Assembly (NCBI GenBank): GCA_030587475.2 | Contig: JAUQYZ020000137.1 | Span: forward strand, 1-34,829 | Reading direction: 5' to 3' | DNA from: Candidatus Sigynarchaeum calidifontis | GTDB lineage: Archaea; Asgardarchaeota; Lokiarchaeia; Sigyniarchaeales; Sigyniarchaeaceae | DNA length: 34,829 bases | Shown here: positions 8,821 through 16,882 of the stretch, in pieces | Layout: each line of letters opens with the position of its first letter | Position numbering within the stretch: the stretch's first letter is position 1 | The notes under the pieces: model-generated | Databases searched by the model: none | What the model was told of the DNA's origin: nothing | What the model saw: only the letters and a program-made list of their open reading frames with translations | Translations under genes and position numbers: made by a program

Positions 8821-11049
8821 ATGTCAAGCAGTAGTTCATCACAAGGACCGACTGAGGTCAAGCTCAAGGTTGCACCCTCGTTAACCAAGGACGCGGGACA
8901 CGGGCTCGTGCGCATCGATCCGTTTGTCCAACGAAAGATGGGCTTGAATACGGGGGACGTTGTCTCCATTTCCTCGCTTTCTGGTAAAAAAACTGCGGCG
9001 AAAGTGTGGCCTGGTCTCCCTGAAGACGACCATCAAGGAATAATTCGGGTCGACGGCGCGATCCGCCGCAATGTCGGAGTGAGCATCGATGAATATGTTC
9101 TTGTCAAGGGCCCGATCCAGGTGAAGCCGGCGCTGCAAGTAACCCTCGCGCCGATCGACACGCGACTCGGCAGTTCGATAAAACTGCCACCGGAGCGGCT
9201 CGAAGGGATCGTCTTATCTCGGAACGACATCATAGGGCTTCGGATGGCCATGGGTGGAGTTTTATACGTTGCCGTGGTGAATTACAGGCCCAATGCCGAT
9301 GCCGTGATCGTCGATGCAAACACGCGTATCGAGATCATCGAGCAGCAAGCCAGCGAGGTCAAGACGGGACCGCATATATCCTACGAGGACGTGGGGGGTC
9401 TGGATAATGAGATCCAAAAGATCCGCGAAATGGTAGAGCTACCCATCCGGCATCCCGAGATCTTCAGTCATCTCGGCATCGAAGCGCCCAAGGGGGTGCT
9501 TCTCTATGGTCCGCCTGGAACAGGGAAAACTTTGCTTGCCAAGGCCGTTGCGAGCGAAACTGACGCGCACTTCATCTCACTGACCGGTCCGGAGATAATG
9601 TCTAAGTTTTACGGGCAATCAGAGGAACGCTTGCGGGAAATATTCCGTGAAGCGGAAGAAAAGGCCCCGAGCATCATATTCATCGACGAGATAGATTCCA
9701 TCGCCCCGAAACGCGAGGAGGTGACGGGTGAGGTCGAACGGCGGGTCGTCGCCCAGCTCCTCAGCTTGATGGACGGGATGCAGTCCCGCGGGAAGGTCAT
9801 CGTGATCGCTGCGACGAATCGGCCAGATTCGATCGACCCTGCACTCCGGCGGCCAGGACGTTTCGATCGGGAGATCGAAATCGGCGTTCCCGATGTTCAT
9901 GGACGCAAGGACATCCTCCAGATACATGTCCGCGGCATGCCACTCGCTGCAGATGTGAACATCGACTTCCTCGCATCGAAAACCCACGGCTTCGTTGGCG
10001 CGGATCTATCTGCACTCGCGAAGGAAGCGGCTATCCGTGCCCTTCGACGTTACCTCCCGAAGATCGAGATCGATAAGGACATACCGCCAGAGATCTTGAA
10101 AGAAATGAAAGTCACCAAGGACGATTTCATGAATGCACTCGCTGAAATCGAGCCTAGCGCGCTCAGGGAAGTATTGATCACGACGCCCAAGGAAACATGG
10201 AATGATATTGGCGGTTTGGAAACTGCAAAACAAGAGCTCCGCGAGGTAGCGGAATGGCCGTTGAAGTACCCCGAACTCTTCGCGCACATGAAAGCTAATC
10301 TTCCCAAGGGCATCTTGTTATATGGTCCACCAGGAACGGGCAAGACATTGCTCGCCAAGGCGCTCGCCCACGAGACCGAGGCAAATTTCATTTCCGTGAA
10401 AGGGCCCGAGTTTCTTTCCAAGTGGGTCGGCGAAAGCGAGCGTGCTATTCGTGAAGTCTTCCGGAAAGCGCGTCAAGCTGCTCCATCCATCATCTTTTTC
10501 GATGAAATTGACGCAATAGCACCAGCCCGCGGTGGGGATGCTGGGGACTCGCATGTCACCGAGCGCATGATCTCCCAACTGCTCACGGAGATCGATGGCC
10601 TCGAAGAACTCAAGAACGTGCTCTTAATCGCTGCAACGAACCGTCCCGATATCATCGACCCGGCATTGCTCCGCGCGGGACGATTTGGAAGGCACGTTTT
10701 CATCCCGATGCCGGATGTCGAGGCCCGGAAAGCTATCTTGAAGATACACTTCAAGGATAAACCCTTAGACAAGGACATCGACATCAACAAGATTGCCGAG
10801 GAGATAGAGGGCATGACCGGCGCAGACATTCAAGCACTGGTCGACGAGGCAACCCTTCTTGCAATCCGCGAGGCGATATTCAATAGCTCCGTTAAAGCAG
10901 GAGACGAGAAATCCATTCAAGATGTGAAGATTACGAAACAGCACCTCGCCGATGCAATCTCGAAGGTAAAAGGATTGTCGGATCGCGAGAAAAAAACCTA
11001 CTTGGCCAAGCCTGGTGCCATGAATCCCAAAGAATCGCTCTACGGGTAA
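8821..11049 (+). CDS. cdc48: CDC48/p97/VAT-family AAA+ ATPase
   Basis: N-domain plus two AAA modules (GPPGTGKT twice, IFIDEID/IFFDEID, RPGRFD/RAGRFG). Confidence 0.97.
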   Translation: MSSSSSSQGPTEVKLKVAPSLTKDAGHGLVRIDPFVQRKMGLNTGDVVSISSLSGKKTAAKVWPGLPEDDHQGIIRVDGAIRRNVGVSIDEYVLVKGPIQVKPALQVTLAPIDTRLGSSIKLPPERLEGIVLSRNDIIGLRMAMGGVLYVAVVNYRPNADAVIVDANTRIEIIEQQASEVKTGPHISYEDVGGLDNEIQKIREMVELPIRHPEIFSHLGIEAPKGVLLYGPPGTGKTLLAKAVASETDAHFISLTGPEIMSKFYGQSEERLREIFREAEEKAPSIIFIDEIDSIAPKREEVTGEVERRVVAQLLSLMDGMQSRGKVIVIAATNRPDSIDPALRRPGRFDREIEIGVPDVHGRKDILQIHVRGMPLAADVNIDFLASKTHGFVGADLSALAKEAAIRALRRYLPKIEIDKDIPPEILKEMKVTKDDFMNALAEIEPSALREVLITTPKETWNDIGGLETAKQELREVAEWPLKYPELFAHMKANLPKGILLYGPPGTGKTLLAKALAHETEANFISVKGPEFLSKWVGESERAIREVFRKARQAAPSIIFFDEIDAIAPARGGDAGDSHVTERMISQLLTEIDGLEELKNVLLIAATNRPDIIDPALLRAGRFGRHVFIPMPDVEARKAILKIHFKDKPLDKDIDINKIAEEIEGMTGADIQALVDEATLLAIREAIFNSSVKAGDEKSIQDVKITKQHLADAISKVKGLSDREKKTYLAKPGAMNPKESLYG

Positions 11050-11083
11050 TCATCTCTTTCATTTTTTTTAGAGGTGGAGATTC

Positions 11084-11773
11084 GTGGATTTCGATGAAAT
11101 CTTCGATATCATGGGGAACGAGGTGCGCAGGAAGATACTCAGATACCTTGCACAAGGTCCCATGCCAATAGGGAAATTGGAGGAGTTGATCGCCGTTTCC
11201 CGGCAAGCCATCCTCAAGCACTTGAAAGACCTGGAACAGAGGGGATTCATCGAAATAGACGACGCTGAAAAAAGGGAAAACACCCCGGGGCCGAGTCCAC
11301 ACTTGTACAAGCTCAAGCAAGCCTTCGTCATCCGATGCGACGTGGGCCCGGCTGCCATGAACCCGAAGATCATCACGTTCAACATTGACACCCAACCATA
11401 CGACACGGGAGTAGCCATCGAAACTCCCGAACCCCGACCAAAAATCTCCCTGAAAAGCAAGATAGAAGAGCTGGCCAAGCTGAACAAGCAATTAGATGAT
11501 ATCACGGCTTTATACAAGGAAACTTACAAGAAAAAAGAATCTATCTTGCGCGGACTAAAAAGCACGATTGCCAAGGTAATTAAAGGTGAAGAAGAACGTG
11601 AAACCTTGGAGTTGCTGATAAACAACCCGGAGAAAGCGATCGATGGATTCACGTTGGAGGAAATCGCTGCTGAACTCGAAATCCGGGAGGATTTCATGAA
11701 GTTCATCCTTGGGAACTTAATCGATGCAGACATCGTGAGGAAGGATCCAGACGGGAAATATTACCTCGAGTGA
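11084..11773 (+). CDS. ArsR-type wHTH heat-shock repressor (Phr/HSR1-like) with coiled coil and second C-terminal wHTH
   Basis: IFDIMGNEVRRKILRYL...SRQAILKHLKDLEQRGFIE resembles the Pyrococcus Phr N-terminus; lies in the hsp20-cdc48 operon. Confidence 0.8.
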   Translation: MDFDEIFDIMGNEVRRKILRYLAQGPMPIGKLEELIAVSRQAILKHLKDLEQRGFIEIDDAEKRENTPGPSPHLYKLKQAFVIRCDVGPAAMNPKIITFNIDTQPYDTGVAIETPEPRPKISLKSKIEELAKLNKQLDDITALYKETYKKKESILRGLKSTIAKVIKGEEERETLELLINNPEKAIDGFTLEEIAAELEIREDFMKFILGNLIDADIVRKDPDGKYYLE

Positions 11774-11885
11774 AACGCATGGTCTTGAAGTACCCCCGGG
11801 GTTCTATTTCCAACCACGGCCAAACTTAAAAACGTGTGAGTTGCTTTTCCCCCGTATTACTACCAAACAAGGACCAGGGAATCAC

Positions 11886-12539
11886 ATGACTCGCAACGAG
11901 CCCGAACAAAGTATGCCAGCGGGAGGCACGAGCACCGATGACCAAGACACGGGGAAACAAGGAGGTGGGGGTGCAGCCTCCGGAAAGATGGTAAAAATAC
12001 CCGATCTGGAAAAGATCAAGGCGGATTGGGAAAATCTCGGAAAAAAAGTGCGCGATTTAAACGAAAAAATCAACCAGAACGTGCTAAGGAATATCGAGAA
12101 GCTAGAAAACCTCCATTACCAGAACATTAAGAACGCTGATGCGATCAAGCAGAAGATCGAGCAAGATTGGGAAGCGTTCGAGATCGAAGTTAAGAACGGG
12201 ATGGAAAATCTCAAGAAACTCGGCCAGCAAAACACGGAAAAAGCACTCAAGGATCTCAACGCCAGAAAGGAAGAGATGCAAGCACGAATGAAAACTTGGG
12301 AAAAGAACTACCAAGAATGGTCCGCGAAGACGGGAAAAAAGGTTAGCACCACCCTGGCATCGTGGAGCAGATGGGGTTGGAAAGCATACCTCACGTTCCT
12401 TGTCGTGACGAACCCCATCGTGATCATTATCGTCGTTCTTGCAAACGCGTTAAAAGAACATCCCCCCGCAGTGATCCGATTATGGCCGGCAAGTTTAAAG
12501 GAGGCACCGGGGATAGCGAGAACCGGCCTTGGCTTTTAA
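11886..12539 (+). CDS. Coiled-coil/amphipathic-helix protein with single C-terminal TM anchor; true end possibly 12474
   Basis: Trp-periodic helices (ADWENLGKKV, QDWEAFEIEV, KTWEKNYQEW) then AYLTFLVVTNPIVIIIVVLANAL; annotated tail overlaps the next gene. Confidence 0.65.
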   Translation: MTRNEPEQSMPAGGTSTDDQDTGKQGGGGAASGKMVKIPDLEKIKADWENLGKKVRDLNEKINQNVLRNIEKLENLHYQNIKNADAIKQKIEQDWEAFEIEVKNGMENLKKLGQQNTEKALKDLNARKEEMQARMKTWEKNYQEWSAKTGKKVSTTLASWSRWGWKAYLTFLVVTNPIVIIIVVLANALKEHPPAVIRLWPASLKEAPGIARTGLGF

Positions 12540-13981
12540 AGCAATTCTCTAAAAAAATCAACGTATGGAAGGAAGATATTGATATTTTTTTTTCCAAGAT
12601 GACCTTTGGCAAAAATAGGCCCGTGAAATACTTTCGCCGGCTTATATGTTGCAAGCTCAAGGAACTACATAATTTGGATGCAGTTATCAATGCACTCATT
12701 GCAATGGGATTCACAGATATCACAAACGAAGAATATCTTACTCGTCGCGGTTCTCGGAGAATGCTGCAATACATCCTTGATGATAAAATCCATAGATTAC
12801 ACGTGCGTTTACATGTTTTAGAAAAAAAAGCATACTTGCTCGTGCACAAGGAACCCTTGCCATCTGCACATGTCAATAATTTGTTGTTTCATATACGTGG
12901 ATTCTTGGAGAGAGTTGGACGCACGTTTAATGCCTATATCAACAATCTTACATCCGATGCTGCGAAGTTTTCAATAAACTACGACGAGCAAGTCGAGTTA
13001 AGCGATTACGAGCAAGGGTGCCATTTGTTCAGGGATTTAGTGAAGGAAAAGGATTTAAAATTATATCAATCACTCGATTTTTATCTTGACGATCATGATT
13101 TTCTTGCATTCTCCCTCAAATTCGGAAATGTAGGGAAAATTTTGCCAATCGAAATGCTTTTAATGGAATTCAATAATAACATAGAAGCTTCGAACTTACA
13201 AGGCTTGTCCAAGAACATTCAAGCAATCTTGGACGTGATTGGTATTCCCTCCATGAACAAGATCCCCATCAAGATCAAGTTCTCCTTCATAAAAGCGTTT
13301 CCGTCCCTTGCGAGCGATATGGAATCAGTCATTGAGAGCTTTTTATACGATAATCAAAAGGACAAGCAATCTCTAGTCTTTATTTTTTCAAAAAAAGCAC
13401 TTCACGCCAAGTTTATAGCCGATTTTGTTGAATTCATTCATTCTCAAAATCAAAGCTATGTCTTGATCATCACCCACGAGTCTAGCTGGGCGATAGGTGA
13501 TCAACAAGACGTGGTGAAACTGCGCAAAAGGGGGATTTATGCGAGTCATGTCGATCTGCACGGTTTCAAGGCTTTGTTCGAAAAATTTTTGAATACCCCG
13601 TTTTCCATTGATGATCTCATTTTAATCCTCCGGGATAATGAAATAATAACCAACGAGGCAATCACGAACTTATCCAAGCAAAAGATGGACAATCAAAAAG
13701 CGTCCAAGATTATATTCGACGTCCTCGATTATCTAGGGAGAAATCCTGGCTGGCATCCGACAAGGCAATTGAAGCAAGATTTGTTAAAAAGTGTGGAATT
13801 TTCGGACGTGACCGAATCGAAATTAGAGCACGTGTTCGATTTTTTGCAAAATCCGCTATTGGAACTGGTCAAAACGAGAAAGGAAGGGAAGGAAATTTCC
13901 GGGATCGAGAACAAGGATGAGTTCAAGCTCAAGCTGAAAAATATGAAGAAGATGCTCGACGGCATCGATATGTTTTTTTGA
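12482..13981 (+). CDS. Hypothetical protein; possible degenerate restriction-endonuclease-like alpha/beta domain and C-terminal winged helix
   Basis: 500-codon ORF, ATG 12482 preceded by GTGA; domain guesses come from sequence pattern only. Confidence 0.6.
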   Translation: MAGKFKGGTGDSENRPWLLKQFSKKINVWKEDIDIFFSKMTFGKNRPVKYFRRLICCKLKELHNLDAVINALIAMGFTDITNEEYLTRRGSRRMLQYILDDKIHRLHVRLHVLEKKAYLLVHKEPLPSAHVNNLLFHIRGFLERVGRTFNAYINNLTSDAAKFSINYDEQVELSDYEQGCHLFRDLVKEKDLKLYQSLDFYLDDHDFLAFSLKFGNVGKILPIEMLLMEFNNNIEASNLQGLSKNIQAILDVIGIPSMNKIPIKIKFSFIKAFPSLASDMESVIESFLYDNQKDKQSLVFIFSKKALHAKFIADFVEFIHSQNQSYVLIITHESSWAIGDQQDVVKLRKRGIYASHVDLHGFKALFEKFLNTPFSIDDLILILRDNEIITNEAITNLSKQKMDNQKASKIIFDVLDYLGRNPGWHPTRQLKQDLLKSVEFSDVTESKLEHVFDFLQNPLLELVKTRKEGKEISGIENKDEFKLKLKNMKKMLDGIDMFF

Positions 13982-14075
13982 ATACTATTGAACAGTGAGC
14001 AACAAAGTACCGAGTATTCGCGACCAGAGGCTTTTGAAAAAAAGAATAAGGAACTGCAAATTTTTAAAATACAGA

Positions 14076-14741
14076 TTACGCCAATTGATTATCTTTTTTG
14101 ATTTTTTCGACTAATTTCAATGCTTCTTTTACAGCTAGTGGAGCTGTGAGGGCCCAACCATCTGCGCCGTATTTCTTGGCGATTTCTTCGGTCACTGGCC
14201 CTCCGCCGACCATGATTTTTGCTTTTAATTCGGTTTCCTTTGCCTTATTTACAATCTGTTCTATCAGCGGGAATTTTGAACTCAGCATAACTGATACAAG
14301 AATTAAATCAGCATCAAGCTTGTGTGCTTCCTTGATAAAATCGCCAACCTTCACATTAAAGCCGAGGTCGTGAATTTCGAAGCCTTCTGCTTCCAGGAGA
14401 TATTTCAAGATGTTTTTACCGAGATCATGGACATCACCTTCGATAACGCCCAACACTCCGATCCCCTTTCGATGGGCCCGAGCTGCCGCAGCGGTTATTT
14501 TAGGCTTCAGCACTTCAACACCGCTGTAGAAGGCATCCGATGCTAGGAGCATATCCACGAGGTAGACGCTTTCCTCATAATGGTCACAGATCTCTTTCAA
14601 ACCCACATACAGACCATTTTTAATAGCATCGAGCGGATCTATCCCTGAGCTCAAGGCTTCTTGAGCCGCTGCTTTTGCAGCATCTTTATCATACTTCAGA
14701 ACACTATCTTTGAGCCTTTGCATAATCTCTTCTTTTGTCAT
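14076..14741 (-). CDS. Corrinoid (B12-binding) protein, MtaC/MtbC/MttC family
   Basis: Cap domain (GIDPLDAIKNGL), EGDVHDLGKN (DxHxxG), S-x-x-L-S and IMVGGGPVT...YGADGWA. Confidence 0.93.
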   Translation of the reverse strand: MTKEEIMQRLKDSVLKYDKDAAKAAAQEALSSGIDPLDAIKNGLYVGLKEICDHYEESVYLVDMLLASDAFYSGVEVLKPKITAAAARAHRKGIGVLGVIEGDVHDLGKNILKYLLEAEGFEIHDLGFNVKVGDFIKEAHKLDADLILVSVMLSSKFPLIEQIVNKAKETELKAKIMVGGGPVTEEIAKKYGADGWALTAPLAVKEALKLVEKIKKDNQLA

Positions 14742-14747
14742 CTCGCC

Positions 14748-15863
14748 TCATTCCTCGCAATTGGGTCCAACACCAGCTTTGAAGTTTGCGCCATACACCC
14801 TGGCTGCTTTAACTACCGCCATGGCATTGTAGAGGGGTGCATATGGCGGGTATTCACACGACGCACCGAGGAAATAGCCATTGCGAGCCTTTCCGAATAC
14901 ATTTATTTCACGCTTGCATTCTTCCATTATTTCCGTGGGAGTCATCCATGCAAGCTGGGACACGGACAGATAACCCAGGAAAAGCAACTTTTTACTGTAT
15001 TTTTCAATCATTTCTTCCTCGGTCTTAATTCCGTCGGGTAGATATGCATTTTGGATGAGCAGGGGATGGAGCCATTTGATCAAGAGATCAAAATATGGAT
15101 CTCGCCCACAAACATGAACGGCATAGATACCGCCTTTGCTCGCCACGAAATCTGCGATTCTCTTTTGATACGGGGCATCCAATTCCTCCCACATCTTCTT
15201 GCTCATCACCTCTCTTTCGGCTAACACAACAGGAACCATAATCGTTCTGGCACCGGCCGCGAGCTGCTTTTCAACGTACTCGATCTGGATCTCGGTTATA
15301 ACCTCGCAAGCATCTTGGATCTTGTCCGGATTGTGAACGAAATCACGCACTAGCTCGTTTATATTTCGAAGCCTGGAGAGTAACCCTATCGGCCCGATCG
15401 TGAATCCACCAACCATGAGCCCCGGTAATTCCTTTCTAATGGTCCTGATTACCTCGAGCTGATTCTTCATCCGTTCGGCACGGTCCCAACTGAAAAGTTT
15501 ACCGATATTCTTGTAATCATTTGCCGATTTCAACACCGGATTGAATGGATCGGGATAGGCTGCATTATCGCTTGGGTAAACAATTTTTGCCCCAAACGCC
15601 TGTGCTTCCACGCAAAGATCAGGCATGGCAGTGATTGCATCGTACCCGATCAGTTGTTGTGCCTCGATCTGGCATCTTAAAAAAACATCGGGCTTCCGAG
15701 CATATTCCCCGTAATCGAGCCTTCGCACTTGAGCGGATGCAGCCGATACGAAGGGAAACACGGGTATTCGGTCTAACTTTTTATGCCCGATTAACCCGAT
15801 GATCCTTTCCTCTGGCGTCATCCATTCCTGGCATTCTTTAAGTCTTCTAGACATGACCATCAA
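14748..15863 (-). CDS. Methylcobamide:CoM/thiol methyltransferase-like protein (MtaA/CmuA, uroporphyrinogen decarboxylase family)
   Basis: MTPEERI...DRIPVFP, DLCVEAQAFG, Zn ligands HVCG and ASCE. Confidence 0.85.
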   Translation of the reverse strand: MMVMSRRLKECQEWMTPEERIIGLIGHKKLDRIPVFPFVSAASAQVRRLDYGEYARKPDVFLRCQIEAQQLIGYDAITAMPDLCVEAQAFGAKIVYPSDNAAYPDPFNPVLKSANDYKNIGKLFSWDRAERMKNQLEVIRTIRKELPGLMVGGFTIGPIGLLSRLRNINELVRDFVHNPDKIQDACEVITEIQIEYVEKQLAAGARTIMVPVVLAEREVMSKKMWEELDAPYQKRIADFVASKGGIYAVHVCGRDPYFDLLIKWLHPLLIQNAYLPDGIKTEEEMIEKYSKKLLFLGYLSVSQLAWMTPTEIMEECKREINVFGKARNGYFLGASCEYPPYAPLYNAMAVVKAARVYGANFKAGVGPNCEE

Positions 15864-15886
15864 CTCGTTTCAAACATGCAGAGAAA

Positions 15887-15954
15887 AGTGACTATCACTA
15901 TTCATTTGACTCTTATATATAGCTAAATACCTTTCTTTTACTATATATATAAAG
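15887..15954 (-). promoter_or_regulatory. Promoter region of the methyltransferase/corrinoid pair: TATA-like tracts and a palindrome
   Basis: TTATATATAG (15913-15922) and CTATATATAT (15941-15950) form an inverted pair; AGTGA-CTA-TCACT palindrome at 15887-15899. Confidence 0.45.
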
Positions 15955-16077
15955 GAACCACGAACGAGAGAAGGCAACCGGATTAAACCACCCCTCGTTG
16001 TGCTACACACTAATAGTTATCATTCGAAGATAAAAAAGCGAAACGTGGTCGAACCGGATGACCTAAGATAGTAGCTC

Positions 16078-16872
16078 TCACAAGAGGTTTTCGATCACGT
16101 AAGCATGTGCGTTCTTGAAAATGATCATCCCGTTTGCGATGTTGCTACCCTTGCCAGAAGTAAATTGAGGGTGGTTTTCCCGGTACAAGTACCGCTCGGG
16201 ATGGGGCATCATGCCAAGGATGCGCCCGGACGGGTCGCAAACGCCAGTAATATCATCCAACGTGTTCGACGTGTTGTAAGGGAACAAGCCATTAGCAGGC
16301 TCGCCGTTCGGAAGCACGAACTTGAACACGACCTGGTCGTTCTCTACCAATGTCCTGAGCATTGTTGGATCCTTGAGAATGAACTTGCCCTCGCCGTGCG
16401 CGACGGGAAACTCGATGCAATCGATTCCCTTGGTGTAAATGCACTTTCCCTTGTTCACGTTCTTGACTTTTACATAGTTGCAATAAAAATGGCCGATGTC
16501 GTTGAACGTGAGCGTTGATTGTATCTCGAACTTGCCACCTATCGCGGGAAGTAAGCCGGCCTTCACCAGCGTCTGGAAACCGTTGCAGATGCCAATGATC
16601 AAGTTGTGCCTTGCGAACTCGAATAACTGGTCACGCAACAAGAAGACGAGTTTGTTCGCGCCGACTTTTCCGGAGGCAATATCGTCTCCGTAGCTAAATC
16701 CACCTGGCAAGGCGAGCAATTGAAAGTCATCCAATTTCATATTGCCGCGCAAAAGTTCATTCACGTGTGCTTGAGTGACATTAAACCCTGCTCGACGTAG
16801 CGCCAGGGACGTTTCGACTTGGCAATTCGTTCCTGGAAATTTCAACACGAGTGCCTTCGCTGTTTTCATCAT
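16078..16872 (-). CDS. purQ: Phosphoribosylformylglycinamidine synthase glutaminase subunit PurQ
   Basis: FPGTNC, PGGFSYGD, GICNGFQ, AHGEG and GMMPHPER. Confidence 0.96.
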   Translation of the reverse strand: MMKTAKALVLKFPGTNCQVETSLALRRAGFNVTQAHVNELLRGNMKLDDFQLLALPGGFSYGDDIASGKVGANKLVFLLRDQLFEFARHNLIIGICNGFQTLVKAGLLPAIGGKFEIQSTLTFNDIGHFYCNYVKVKNVNKGKCIYTKGIDCIEFPVAHGEGKFILKDPTMLRTLVENDQVVFKFVLPNGEPANGLFPYNTSNTLDDITGVCDPSGRILGMMPHPERYLYRENHPQFTSGKGSNIANGMIIFKNAHAYVIENLL

Positions 16873-16882
16873 GTTACCCCTC

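Noticed and set aside
12362-12481. Upstream GTG start for the 539-aa ORF
   Set aside because: It overlaps the TM-coding part of the preceding gene; ATG 12482 has an SD
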